DNA of 62,033 nt, counting the filler, from Hausera hauseri (taxonomy: Eukaryota), in assembly GCA_046269625.1 (NCBI GenBank). It is 12 parts of 12 records of this genome, joined end to end, with 100 filler letters (N's around TTAATTAATTAA, not from the genome) between each part and the next. Parts side by side here need not be neighbours in the genome. Positions count along the whole stretch, not along the records: positions 35,241 to 44,464 come from JBJURY010425474.1; positions 44,565 to 49,074 come from JBJURY010548230.1; positions 49,175 to 53,620 come from JBJURY010578116.1; 9 more parts are not named here. One strand, given 5' to 3'. The position numbers and the translations under genes are program-made. Under the pieces are notes generated by a model, which saw nothing but the letters and a program-made list of their open reading frames with translations, had not been told where the DNA came from and ran no database searches. Shown here piece after piece: positions 37,985-51,448 of this stretch (within the stretch, counting starts at the first letter, position 1; each line of letters begins with the position of its first letter).

Positions 37985-38176
37985 TGTAAATTTTTGATTA
38001 CGAAATACAAATCGATTTTATCATCCATTTTAATTTTCAAGTTATATCAGTTTATACATTTTCACGTTGAAATTTAATTGCTGATCCTCGTATTCAATTC
38101 CTGGATTATATTGTATATTAGTTTAATTCTGCTCCTACGAATATTTTTACTCAATACTTACAAATTGGTGTCAGAA
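37985..38176 (+). mobile_element. Putative short LTR (TGTAA...TTACA, 178 bp) followed by tRNA-Leu PBS at 38166-38176
   Basis: Inverted termini TGTAA (37985) and TTACA (38158-38162), 3-nt spacer, then TGGTGTCAGAA. No partner LTR seen in the contig. Confidence 0.5.
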
Positions 38177-38259
38177 TTTTATTTATGAACTCAGATAGTT
38201 TACCGATGTTAAATTTGTAAAATTGCCAATCGCTAAATTAATTATTAATTCTTTGCAAA

Positions 38260-41200
38260 CCGTCGTCATCACCGGTTCCAGATGTTGAATATGACAACTG
38301 TTCAAACGCATTGAAATTTGTGGAGAAATTTATCATTCAGTCAGATGGCTATATTTTGATCGATTGTGCAACGAATATTGTTTGTGGGCGGATTTTTAAA
38401 AATCGTGAACCGGTTTATACGTGCAGGGATTGTGCAACGGATGATACATGCGTTTTGAGCCGGAATTGTTTTATAAACAGTGAACATGCTAAACATAATT
38501 ATCAGATGTATACATCAGTCGGCGGCGATTGTTGCGACTGCAGTAACGCCGAAGCATGGAAATCGCAAACGCTCTGTACGTTGCACGGCGGTGTGGATAG
38601 TCAATCAGAACGCAGTAAATCAATTAAAGATCACGATAAATATTTGGCACAGATACCGGAAAACGTCAAAGAACAGTTCATTGCATTGGCGATATTTATC
38701 ATCGATAATTATCGGCGATTTCTTATGACCCCGTTGTGCAAAGGCAGCAAAGACGCCCGGGATGAAGCGCTGAAGAAAGAAATGGACATTCTTCAAACGG
38801 AATTCCCAACGATGAAAACTCAAGAGCTGACATTAGTGTTGTGCAACAATGAATATCACAATTTCGATCAGGTTGTCATTTTGTTCAAACGCTATCTGCA
38901 GTGTTCACGAGATCAGACGTTGGCATTTCCCAATGTTGTCGACCGGGACGGCCGATGTATGGCATTGATGTCGACCGATTACCAAGATCTCTACGATGAA
39001 CAGCGTGATATTCTCACCAAATCCAAACAGACGACGTACATGGAATTGTTGTGTCGACTGCATTATCCGGCGATTCTGGCCGTGCAGAATTTCCTCACGC
39101 ATGCACTCAAGTGGCTTGGGGAATTCGTTGAGATATTCGAAACTGCGCCTGTTGCTCTGTCGGTATATGCTGACGGATTCGCTCGTCGACGGTAGCCGTC
39201 AGATCCCGATGTTGGAATTTGTCGGGGATTTGTTCAATAAACATTGTGAAATGTGGAAAGCGGCACGTCGGGTCTCCATCAATTTTGTCATGACTACCGT
39301 ATTTAAGGACAACGTTTTTAAGAAATTGTTTGCATCAGAAACGATAAAGAATTACAAAGTTGTCGTGGATAATTTCGTTGTTGACGACCACAACGTTGAA
39401 GATTCTCTCATCAGTCTGACATGCCAACTGTTTACCGTCATCAGTGTGGGGAAATACTTACTGGAAACACAGAGTGCCCTCGAGATTATCCTCCAGATCG
39501 TCTACGACATGCTCGTCGAACACAGTCGTCCATTACCGATGCACGAACACATTAATCAATTCTACAAAGAAGAAAACGAAATACAAAAGAAATTTGATCC
39601 ATTCGAACGGCGATTTCGTGCCGTTGACGATACGAAATACATTTTACGGAGTTTGTTGACGTATTTGACGGGATGCGGTGAAAATGACGATTACGATCCG
39701 TTGGTGAATCCGAGCAATGATTTCAATGGTGCGTTATTGGACAATTTCCTATCGTATTTCCAGTTACTCGTGGACACATTTGCATTGATCCAGGATACGA
39801 ATACGATTGAACGAGTAACGGGGAATCATGTCGAACAAGATCCACAATGGAGAACGGGTATTATTATCATGTACGATTTGGTACCGTCGATATCTCTTAC
39901 TGCTGATATTATCGTATCGGATAAACAATGTTGGCAACGAGCATTCGATATTGCTCGTCAAGGATTCCAATCACGAATCGTTGCCATGGATGCACCACTT
40001 ATCAAACCATATCGATTACTCGGCCATTGGACAAATGTCGTCAGTAACGATTGGCCGACGAAATTCGTCAGTATTGTCAAACCGCTCCATCGAATAATGG
40101 CAGCATTGTTAACGAACGGTGAGTATCGTCGACAATTGCAGTCAGACGAGGCCGATTGTCTATTGGACCAGGCATTGCAAATGATCGTATTCTGTAGTCA
40201 ACAGGCTGGTAACATGTGGATTCGTAACGGATCTGTACCGTACATTCTCACACAACAAATGAAATCGATTTCATTATCCAGTGAAATGTTCGATCGTGAT
40301 TTACAACTCGTACAACAAATGGCAGCATTGATGTTGCCGGATGAGTTTCTGTTGAAGGTTATTCATAAATTCGATTTGGGGCAATTTATTGAGTGAGTTT
40401 TGTTCACCGATAGCTATTGCCATTGTTGTTGTTGTTGTAGTGGAGATTGCAGTAAACAGGACATGAAACCGCTGCTGCAGCGTGCAGAAGATTTCCTACA
40501 GCTGCTCATTACGACGTTATTTCATCGACATCGAATTGCAGTTGGTAAAGATATGACCGTAGAGAAGATCTATGAGAATATGTTATTGCATTTGTTATGC
40601 ATTAAACCCATGTCCCACAGTAAAATGATGAAGAAATTGCCACTTTGCCTACAGAAATATCCCAAAAATCGCCTATTGGCTATGATCAATCGAATATCCG
40701 ATCAAACTCGACAAGCCCAAGTCATCATTTTCAGCGCTAAACGGCAACTGATTGCCGATCAGTTCAATCGATTCAATCCGATTTATTCACTGCAGGATCG
40801 AAATGAAGCCGATTTATACGTACAGAATTTCCTGAAAACGGACGGCAATCCGTTAACGATTATCGTACCGCAACCGGTGTCATTGAGTGACGATTTTTCC
40901 GCTCTTTATCGCTACTTTTCCTGTCCGGTATTTGTTGACATTTTGAAACGATTTGTACGAATAATGGCAATTCGTCGCAATGGGGAAATGTGGAACGATA
41001 CGATATTGGATATGGTTCTTTATCTGATCAATGGGGCGTTATTGGAGGACGATGTTAACCGATTGGATGGCAATTATCCGTTATTTATTGATGCCGCTGG
41101 TAATACCGATGATTCGGTGAGTATTATCGGCAATTTGGAATTGCTCTGTGATAAAATAACTGGTGAACAACAATTGGAAATGGTCAAGTAAATAGGATTT

Positions 41201-43780
41201 TTATCAATTTACTATCTAATCCGTTTTGTCGTTGTTCTAGATGGACAATTAAGAAATGGCATGAAGTACGCCGTAAACGGACCGTCGGAGCATGTAATAC
41301 AGACGACTGCCCAATGGATATCGACGGTAACAACAAGGTTATGAAGGTTAGCCAGTCGAAAATAGCCAAAGCCGATGCGGCAAAACGACGACGAGAACAG
41401 CTGATGAATAAAATGATGAGAATGCAGAAGAAATTCATCAATGAAAATTCCAATTTACTGTTATCGGACACCGATTTACAATCGACTGACCAACAGACGT
41501 GCATTTTATGTCAGGAAAATGATACGGACTCGTTACCGGACCGTGCATTGGTGGCTATTGCCGGTGCATGGCGGTCTACAGTTATGGCCCGACATCCGTT
41601 TACTAAGGATATTCCCGGCAATTCGATTCCGGATCGTCGACGGTTGTCTGAAGATTCTTTGGTAAATTGAAATTATCGGCATTTCTTCTATATTCCCCCT
41701 CCTCCCCTTATGAATAGGAACGGCAAATATCCCCTAACGCACCACACGCCAACACTGAATCAATTGACCGAATTGCACCACGACAAATCGTAACGATGCT
41801 CGACCATGCCGAAGAGACATTCGTGACGACATGCGGTCATCTGATGCATTTCGACTGTAAAACGAGATATCTCGAAGACATGATCAAACACAAACGGAAC
41901 ATCGCTAAGTCAAAGGGCGTGTTGTATCCACAAATATTCACTCGATGTCCGCTGTGCAAATGTGTTTACAACATCGACATCCCCGTCGTACGCAATGCAC
42001 AATCTACTGGCGAACTGTTTGGATTTGCGGACCATTCATCGACAGTATCATTCGATAGTTGGTGCGATTGGCTCGCTGGATGGATGCCGACACACGTCGC
42101 GACATCTTGCACAACAGAACAACCGAAAAAGGAGTGGAGTTTCGTTAGGTTTCTCAAGACGAAAGTCGAACACAGTTGGAGTTATCTGATGCGCAGTGGA
42201 CAGCAGTTTACATCGAGCAGCTGTCAGACGACAACAGACGAATTGTTGGGTGCATTGGCGTATCGTTTGTCATTGGCGATTAAATTCCAGCCGACAAAAC
42301 TAACGAAGGAAACGTATCAGCAATTTGAGAATGTGAGGACGAGTTTCAGAGAAAGTACAGCACAGGAACTCATTGAGATGGGCTATGCTATAATGTACAC
42401 GACGGTGACACGGGAACTAATACTAGACAAACAGTCAGAGTCGTTGTTGACAGACATGCCTGAACGGCACAATGACGGGATACGGCGGATGGTGCATGCA
42501 AATTGTCGTGCCATGCGCACCGCCGACAAGGACCAACATCACAGTCTCCAATCATTCGTTCAGCTACCGCACACTCTCCTGTCCAACCCGATAAATGCCC
42601 ACTTTGCCTGGTCTGAATTACATCGTCAAACGGTACCCATATTCATTCTGGAGACGGATTTTTTCTATGTGATGTCATCGGTATTTTTTGCGTTACCATC
42701 TAGACGGGTCAACTGGCAAAACGAGAAGTCCGTATATCGACAGGGACACATACAATCTGCACACTGTCCGTTACATTTACCAACTACAGTGTGTGCAGAT
42801 CATGTTGTCTGTCCAACAATGTCCTACTGACAATGCACTACTCGCCGATGACTCATCGGATACTGCAGATCAACTGTGGCAATTGCGGCAGTCTGTCGGC
42901 ACGCATTGTCCGCTCGTACGGCTGGCAGATTTGTCACCTGCGCAACTGTTCGCTGCTTATAAGCGTAGTTTGCTGCCGTTTCTGCGATGTACCACATATC
43001 TACTGTCCTTATTGGGAACTGTGAAATTGCCGACACAGCCATTCGGTAATTTCCCTCCCTCCAATCACATTGGTCCATTATCGACGTACTGTTGTAGATG
43101 ACACCAATGCAGAAATATCTGCCATTATGAAACTACTGCAGCTGGAACTGCTGCCATTTTCCCATGACCATTTACCGTCATTCGTCGACAAACATTTGAA
43201 ACAGCTCATCAAACCGTGTAAACTTTCTATGACGTCATTATGGGGTACTAACCTGCCGCACAAAATACCATTCGATTATCCTGCGTTAATCGAACTGCCG
43301 ATGGATTTCACAGACGTCATCACTCGGTGCATGGATCGCGGATGCAGCTTCAGTCGACAGATGAACAGTCACGTATCGGATCTTGTCCTTTGTCTGATTT
43401 GTGGTGAAACGTTCTGTCTCAATGGATATTGTTGCAACCGTGTCGATGATCAAGTCGGTGCACAAATACACGCACGACAAATTCATGGTGGCTATGCCGT
43501 GTTCCTCAATGCTCGTAATTCAAAGGTCGTCGTGTTATTCTATCAGGCTCGTTGGCAGATTCATATGGATCCGATTTACTTTGACAGATTCGGTGAAAAT
43601 GACGTCGAACTCAAGTAATTGTTTTTTGTGTCCCTTATTCGGTATTTTTACTTCAGTAGACGTGGCAATCCGCTGTTTCTCAATACGGATGTCTACGCAC
43701 GGCTACAGCGCAGTTGGCTCGATCACAGTCTCGGCTGTGTCATCAACGACGGTTTGCTTTCCACCGATTTCTTTGTGTGA
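38260..43780 (+). pseudogene. UBR1: N-recognin E3 ubiquitin ligase UBR1/UBR2 homologue; 5 short introns, 2 frameshifts, no ATG
   Basis: UBR box CGRIF...YTCRDCATDDTCVL..CF..SEH..H...CDC..AEAWK. ClpS-like LCNNEYHNFDQV. HLLCIKPMSHS. RING CILCQE...CGHLMH..C...CPLC. C-terminal CLICG...YFDRFGE...RGNPL. Introns 40393-40440, 41188-41240, 41662-41717, 43046-43097, 43615-43659. Frameshifts near 39140 and 42720. Confidence 0.88.
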
Positions 43781-44689
43781 TTTCGATGCCTTGGTATGAC
43801 GAACTTTCGTTCTCATTGACATTTTTCATCTGATGCGCTTATTTTATCATCGACAGACATCGGCTCTTCATTTTGTTTTAATAGAGTGCCATTAGTTGGT
43901 TGCTGCACGTGTCTTGTAGTGCCGATATAATTTTATCTGCCTTTCCAATTACCGTTCATCGGGCGGTGGTGGGGTCAATTAATGATTATATTTTTCACTT
44001 TTGTTGTTAAAGATTTAATGTGCAAATGGTAAATTTTATGGATATTGTTTTATAAAATTGCAATCAAGTTTTCTACAATGCAGATTTTATTAATTTACCT
44101 TACCAACACGTTACCACGGTGATTGAATATTTAAACAAATTGTTAAATGAATTGTAATGCTGTATTTCGTCTATTTGTTGTAACTTCCCTAATTTGAACT
44201 TGCATTATATAGTAAATCCACTAACATTTTAGACTTTAGTTTTTTTATAAAAATTATAATTCCGTTGCTAGGCAGCAATAGCATAACGTTTACATTAGAT
44301 ACAAATATTTTAGCTTAATATTTGTGTGAAGGGGAAACTCGATTGATAAAATTTAAATTGTATATTAATTATTAACTTTCGTAAAACATTTTATAAAAAG
44401 GGCGTTTCCGTTAAATGAACGCCAACAAAAAAATCAAAATAAAATTATATAAATTAAAAATTTGNNNNNNNNNNNNNNNNNNNNNNNNNNNNNNNNNNNN
44501 NNNNNNNNTTAATTAATTAANNNNNNNNNNNNNNNNNNNNNNNNNNNNNNNNNNNNNNNNNNNNCACTGCCTTCTTGAGGATCTTCGGAATACTTATTTT
44601 TTGAATTAGATAAATATATCATGTGGGCATTATGCAATATACCCAATCATTTTATTGGTTTCCGTAATTAGATGGTTATGAACGTCAGT

Positions 44690-45046
44690 TTGTTTGCTTC
44701 CTCTTTGTTATTTATTTTCGGATTTTGTTATTTGATGTAAAGGGCTGCTACTATTCGCAGGTCGCCTGGATCACGGTCAGTTCCCAAAATATTAATTACA
44801 TTTTTTGTATTTTGACAGTCTCTGAAATGTTTGAAAAGACTCATTCTTATTGAAATATCCAAAAAGTTGAGTTTTCGAATGGCACTTCCAATATAATGCT
44901 TTGACCTTTATGCATTCGATTTTGTAGACTGTACGTGTCTTTTGGTATATATTTTGGTCTTTCATGGGACATGATTTCCATTTGAATGGGTCTCTATTTG
45001 CAATTCTTAATTCATTTCTTATTGACCAGAATTTATATGTTGACAT
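44690..45046 (-). mobile_element. Penelope-like element GIY-YIG endonuclease remnant
   Basis: VYKIEC...ALY, then (other frame) ILGTDRDPGDLRIVAALYIK*QNPKINNKEE, the typical C-terminal L.I.EAL.I...P.IN.K.E pattern. Confidence 0.6.
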
Positions 45047-45464
45047 GATGTTGATATCCGGTTATCAGAATATTAATTTGGGACGTTAATTGAAGGCCTC
45101 ATTAAGATATTTCGACAAAATTTTAAACAATATGAAAGAAGAACATTTTAATGTTGTATAAATATGAAAGTAAAAATAAACTATATTGCATTGCGTTCTT
45201 TGTCATTTTTGAGAATAAATCTTGCGGAAGAATTATAAAAGTTCTAACTAAAAGAAAATTAGTCGTTGAATATGATTCTGAGTTCGTTATGAGTGAAAAA
45301 ATAAGTTTCATTTTCGATTCTTACTCTTGGATTTTGTTTCAGTTAAGTAATGGAATACAAAACTTCCTCAAAAAATGATTCACGATTTCACTTATGTGAT
45401 TTTTGTTTATTTATAATTAGAATATTTTGTTTAATTCATTGCCGTGTTTTGTGCTTTTTCAAAC

Positions 45465-48461
45465 ATGACCCTAACTGAAGGAGAACAAGATGCGCCAAGA
45501 ATTGCAATAATTATTCATCCTTCAGATGTCAGAAATATTGTGACTAGAACTGCCGAGTTTGTCGCACGTAATAGTCCTGAATTTGAAACAAGAGTTAAAC
45601 TCAATGAGGCAAATAATCCAAAGTTTAATTTCTTAAGCAGCACAGACCCGTACAATGCATACTATCAAGATCGTGTCAAACAGTATATTGAAGGGACCGC
45701 TGAGTCAACGTCATTGCGAATATCTGCACCGACTGCCATGAAACTGGTTCAAGAGACACCAAAGGCTATTCAAGAAGTATTTGAACCAAAAGAACCACCA
45801 CCGGAGTATGAATTTATTGTCGATCCACCAAGTATCAACGGGCTGGAATTAGACATTGTAAAATTGACAGCGCAATTTGTTGCAAGAAATGGCCGTCAAT
45901 TTTTAACACAGCTTATGACCAGAGAACAGAGAAATTATCTATTTGATTTTTTGCGTCCGCAGCACAATATGTTCAGTTATTTTACAAAGCTTGTCGAACA
46001 GTTTACAAAATATTGCTACCGCCAAACGACATTGTTCATCGATTGCAGGACGAAGCACATGATCCGCAAATATTTATGAAAAATTGTAAATATCGTGTCC
46101 ACTGGGAACGTTATCAAGCTAGAATTCGAAAGAAGGAAATGGAATTGGAGGACAAAGAACGAATGGCATATGCTCAGATAGATTGGCACGATTTTGTAGT
46201 TGTTGAGAACGTTGATTATCCGTTGAATGAAATTGGAAATTTCCCTCCTTTGACACTTCCTGAAGAAGTTGGCGCAAGAGTTATTGCGGAAGAAAGAGGC
46301 GAACAGATTATTCCAGTATTGGTTGAAGATAAACAAGTCGAGGAGATGGAAGAGGATGTGGAAGATGAAGAATCTGAAGAGGAAGAAGACGAAATTGAAG
46401 ACATCAATGTTTCCGAAAAACGGAAAGAAGTCGATGAGGACATGGAGAATGATGATATGGAGCTGTCAGATCAAGAAGATGGTGGTGTCGTTCCCCCGCC
46501 TCCTCCAACTCAGTCTGCTGCTTTTAAGCAGCCTGCACCAATTTCTGATTCTGATAAGACGAATCTTATCAATCCAGATGAAGTCATTGTGAAACAATAC
46601 AATCCTAAATCTAAACAGAAGAACATAATTGATCAGGTTAGTATTTATTTATTGTTTAATTAGGCTATTCAAGCGCTAATTTATTGCTGTGTAATTTCTT
46701 TTTGATCTGTTACTTTATTTTATTGAAGTAGATGTAGTAAATATGACACTTCGTCGTTTATTGTATTACTGACTACGTTCTGAGAAAATTTATCACTTTC
46801 ATAACATATCCTCACATTTATTATAGGACTAACCCTATAATGACACCATTTTGAAAAATACATTAACATTTTGGTTAGTTCAACAAAATCCAGTAGTCTC
46901 AACGTTTATAATCTGCTTTTCATATCTTGATCAACAGCATTCCATAGTTGCCTGTTGTCCGTCAACAACAGTTGAACATAAATCTATGCAACATGTATCG
47001 TTTCAACGAATCTCCTTTATTGGAACATTATTCGATAACAGTAATTTTTCTGCGAAATGATTACAACCTTTGTTCTTTCACCGGAGATTTTGTTACTGCT
47101 TAATAATTATTTGTTTAAACAATAACTTCGTGTTGTTTTTCATTTCATAATTATGAAGTACCAGGATTCAGGGATTTCTGGGTGACAGTAAAAATAACTT
47201 AGTTCAACACAATTTTAGTTCCGTTAAATTTAGTAGTATGACAAAAATATTCAGTCAAATTTTCGTTTTTTAATTATTAAATTCATATGCAATTCATCTG
47301 ACCTCCGACGAAAGGTAGAAAAATACGTGGTTGTGTATTATAGATTCAAAGTCGTGTGTCATCGTTAATTAAAAGTAATACTTCAAGATTTCTGTTTGTA
47401 TCCGGGGGCTTTTGGGGGTTAAAGCTCCTCACATGGTATCTGAACTCAACATTTTTATTATTTGATCTAACGCCTCATAAATTTTATTTTTTGTGATGTT
47501 TTAAAGTTTTAAAATTTTTACGAATGACCGAACGTAAACATTATAAAAGGTTTAATGTTGTGAGCCACATATGCAAGAAGTGCGGTAAATCAGAATCAAC
47601 ATGTTGGGAACCACATATGCAAGAAGTGCGATAAATCAGAATCTACATGTTGGGAACCACATATGCACATAGCTTTTGATATTATGTAATAAGTAACGCC
47701 ATTTGAGAAATTCTGGACGACACTGTTTGCCTATTTGCTAATAGAATTGTAAATAATTTTACTCATCCTAACTAGTTTAATATCAAAGTATTTTTCAATT
47801 ATATTTTCGAAGAATATCTAAAATTTCTTTGAAGCATACAAAATAGATGTAAAACTTCACCTAAGCAGACAAATTTTTTCTATATTTTAACAATTCAACT
47901 TTCTAGCAATATTTTTATTCTATTTGTCATTCATTTTCAAAATCTTAGGTTTTACTCGTATCTCCTTTGGGAGACCAGAAGAAGGTATCTACCGATCAGG
48001 CGAAAAAGCACATTCATGTTTCTTTATTGAATCCCCAATGGAAAGCCCAAAAAGATCGTTCAAACCGCAATCGTGCTGCGGATGATTCAACTTATGCATC
48101 GGGCTTTAATGTTAATGAAAACTTAAAGAAAATGGCAGAACGTCGAACAGATATATTTGGTATTGAAGAGACTGTTATTGGTAAGAAAGTTGGAGAAGAG
48201 GAATCTAGAAAGAGTGATAAATATTCATGGGATGGTCATTCTTTGACTCATGAAGCGACAATTAAACGTCCATCTGAAATCACTACGCGTGTGGAAGAGA
48301 AAGAAGTTGATTTAGATAGGATCGGACCTCAAGCCGTTCCGCAACCTCCGCCGGCAACAACAATAACAATAATTGTGAACACACCTATAATTACACCTGC
48401 TGTGTCTCAAATAAGTTGTAACAGCGGCGAACCAGAAGAAAAGAAGATAAAACGAGAATAA
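45465..48461 (+). CDS. SF3A1: Splicing factor 3A subunit 1 (Prp21); exons 45465-46636 and 47949-48461; one-base frameshift in an A-run near 46010
   Basis: Two SURP domains (RNIVTRTAEFVARN...KFNFL...DPYNAYY; DIVKLTAQFVARNGRQFL), AQIDWHDFVVVE, LKKMAERRTDIFG. Phase-0 GT-AG intron 46637-47948. Confidence 0.9.
47565..47667. repeat. 46-bp tandem duplication (about 2.2 copies) in the SF3A1 intron
   Basis: CCACATATGCAAGAAGTGCG.TAAATCAGAATC.ACATGTTGGGAA repeated. Confidence 0.95.
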
Positions 48462-49174
48462 ACATTTTGTATATAGATCAACTGATTCTTTGTTGAAAAT
48501 ATACGTTTAGTTTTGTCCATTTTATTGATTATGTAAGTATTGTGTGTCAAAGTTACCATTAGATGTTATACTTTTCTATCATTTAGTACGATTTACGTAG
48601 AAATTTTAGTTAATGGTGTAGAAATGGCTACCAAATGCCTATATTAACGTAATATTTTCTATTTACATCTGTGAATTCTCCTAGAAATATCGTCTAATAC
48701 AGGTGTAGGGAACAGCAGGCTTTGAGAAATTATTGTAGCATTTGAGACACGCAGGCAAAGTAGTATTTTGCGGCCTCGCAGAAGGTTTTTACGTTTAAAA
48801 ACATAAAAACAGTTATTATCTTTGCATAATTCACGCAAATATACTTCGGGTGCCAATTAAATATTGATCAAACTGTGATACCAGAAAAACAAATATAATT
48901 GAATAAAATCTTACACCTTTATTCTGTAACACTGTCATCTAATGCGGTAACTGCCCGTAGATGTTCCTTTAATGTTCCAAGTTTGTGGAGAAATCGATCA
49001 GGCAGTATGCTGTTGAAGATGTGCAACGCAGCTATTTCAGTCTCCTGCAGAATCGAAGTTTTGTTTTCGTAGTTNNNNNNNNNNNNNNNNNNNNNNNNNN
49101 NNNNNNNNNNNNNNNNNNTTAATTAATTAANNNNNNNNNNNNNNNNNNNNNNNNNNNNNNNNNNNNNNNNNNNN

Positions 49175-49704
49175 ATAGATCCAGTCCACAGTCACAGGGT
49201 ACCTGTACAGGTGGCATACCAAAGAGGTTATTTTGATGAAGAGATGAACCAGATCTTATCTGATCCAGGTGATGACACCAAGGGTTTCTTTGACCCCAAC
49301 ACCAAGGAGAACCTTACATACCTGCAGCTGATCGAAAGGTGTATTACAGATCCTGCCACAGGTCTGAGTTTACTGGTCATTGTGAAGAAAGGCGAGTTCT
49401 ACTTCTTTGTTGATGAAGCCACAAAGGCCATCTTAAAGTCTACAACAACAACCAAAGCTGGAGGAAAATACAAAGGCACCACAGTTTCTCTGTGGGATTT
49501 GCTTTACTCCAAATACATCACAGAGGAAAAGAGGAGAGATCTTGTCCAGCAGTTCAAAGCTGGAACACTCACCATCCAACACTTCTTGTAAATCATCTTG
49601 ACCATCATTCAGCAGAAGACAACCACAACAACAACCACAACAATCACAGAGACTACTGAGGAAAAAACCTTAAAGGGAATCAGAAAAGATGTCAATTTGA
49701 CTGA
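49175..49704 (+). pseudogene. Vertebrate (teleost-like) epiplakin/plectin repeat fragment with in-frame TAA at 49589-49591
   Basis: [64 protein letters not shown] is a canonical plectin-repeat (B domain) end, followed by the [19 protein letters not shown] linker. Confidence 0.9.
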
Positions 49705-50479
49705 AAGTTCATCAGAAGAAGTAACGAAAATTGCAACTAGAAAACCGCAATGTCAGTGTCAAAATTCAATAAAAGAAAACATCGACCGAACAAAACCGAC
49801 AATTTGTTACCGATGTTGTGACAACAACACATCGACCCTCACTGATTCAATGAGAATGGATTCGCGGAAATTCCAAAAGCTCATAAAGCGTTGTACATCG
49901 AAATCCGTACTTGGACGTGTTAAGCAATCGTTGTTTACAAATCCCGAAGATTACGAGCAATTTTTGTTTGATAAGAACAATTTACATGGAAGGACATTGG
50001 AAGAACTCGTGCGAAATTATGAAAACTGTTTTAATGAAGATGTTCGACGGGAAAATGCATGTTTCTTTGACAGAAGTCGTTTCCGAAATTTCGATGGAGA
50101 TTCGTCTGACTCAAATTTGAATTTTTTGTTTGACATTGCTCTCAAAGGTGCAGAAAAATCATCAAAATTGATGAAGACAAATCATTTTTGATGGACTAGT
50201 GAGATGCATGATTGATGAAGATGGATGGTGAAGATGACGGATTATCTCAGAAAGAAGAGAGAGCAGCACAGCGCACAAAAGTTTCATCAGAGAGAAAGCG
50301 ACGAGAGGATGAGAGAAAGCAAGCGAGTGCTACACACCTAGTATCTTGCATTATGTACCAGCATGGGTTGCATGTCCCGTAGCATGTAATGCCCCATTGA
50401 GTGACTTGATACTGTTTATAAGAATTAAGCAATATGCTTATATAAACAAGGCAGTTGCATAGGCAGCATGCAAGAAGTT

Positions 50480-51448
50480 GACGAATCATTTATGGTACAT
50501 AGGACCAGAGATGATTCCGCTGTCACTGTTTTCAAACAATGTTTCTCTTGAGGAGAAGTAGTTGATTGTTGATGCCATGGTTCACAGTGAGAATGACTGG
50601 AGTGTCATAGGGATGAAGTACCCAGTAGCTGAATGTAATCAGTTCGATAACAAGCAACTCCGTGAGCTTGTAACATCTTCGTCAACTGCTGCTTTGCAGT
50701 CATGGGCTAGACATAGCTGTTTTGTCTGAAACTGATCCACAGACTTAGAAAGCAATTTCTGAATATCGTGAAACCAAAACAGTTATCACATCTGTGAAAG
50801 TTGTGTATGATGCTGCAGAACGCTCAATTGCCCTTATGAGCACTTTCAGCGTGTCCATTACGAAGACGGAATCAGAAATGCAGAAACTTATACAAGTTGT
50901 CAAGGACAACAGAAAGCGTATTCCTGATTCCTGCAGGAGCTCCTTAACTAAATATATCTCTCTTTAGACTTTACAGATTACAAACTTGCAGACAGATTTG
51001 AAAGACAGATATTAGCCTTGTCAGAGCCATTAAGTCTTTGTATCCATGACTTTTTACAAAATTGCTTTTCTGAGACTCTATGTACGGTACAATAAATACA
51101 TACTACATGCACCAGGACAACGTCAATTTTATGACTTTTTGGAATTTTGAATAAAGAAATTGATTGAAATTTACAGTTGAAATTTGATTATACTTGTCAT
51201 ATTGTAAGTTAAACCTGAAATTGCATGTATTTATCACGTTTCTTGTCTACTCTTAAGTCTGGACTATAACTGTGGTTAACGAGTAGTCGCGGCGACATAG
51301 GTTTAACATGCTAAATGTTGCCTTCTTTGAGCAACCTCTAAATATCATTCAAATTAACTAAAAATGGGCACAGAAATCACCTTCCATGAAAGGAACAATA
51401 TTATAACTTGTGCAATATGGAATTAAAAAAGGAACTTTTGGACATCCC
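50480..51448 (+). mobile_element. DDE DNA transposon 3' remnant (HLWY...VVNDxAER type, probably Sola2-like)
   Basis: NHLWYIGPEMIPLSLFS; LKVVYDAAERSIALM...TKTESEMQKLIQVVKDNRKRIP; possible terminus ...GGACATCCC at 51448. Confidence 0.6.

Noticed and set aside
43961-44464. PPT and 3' LTR closing the UBR1 cargo
   Set aside because: G-rich tracts exist but are not followed by a copy of the 37985-38162 sequence.
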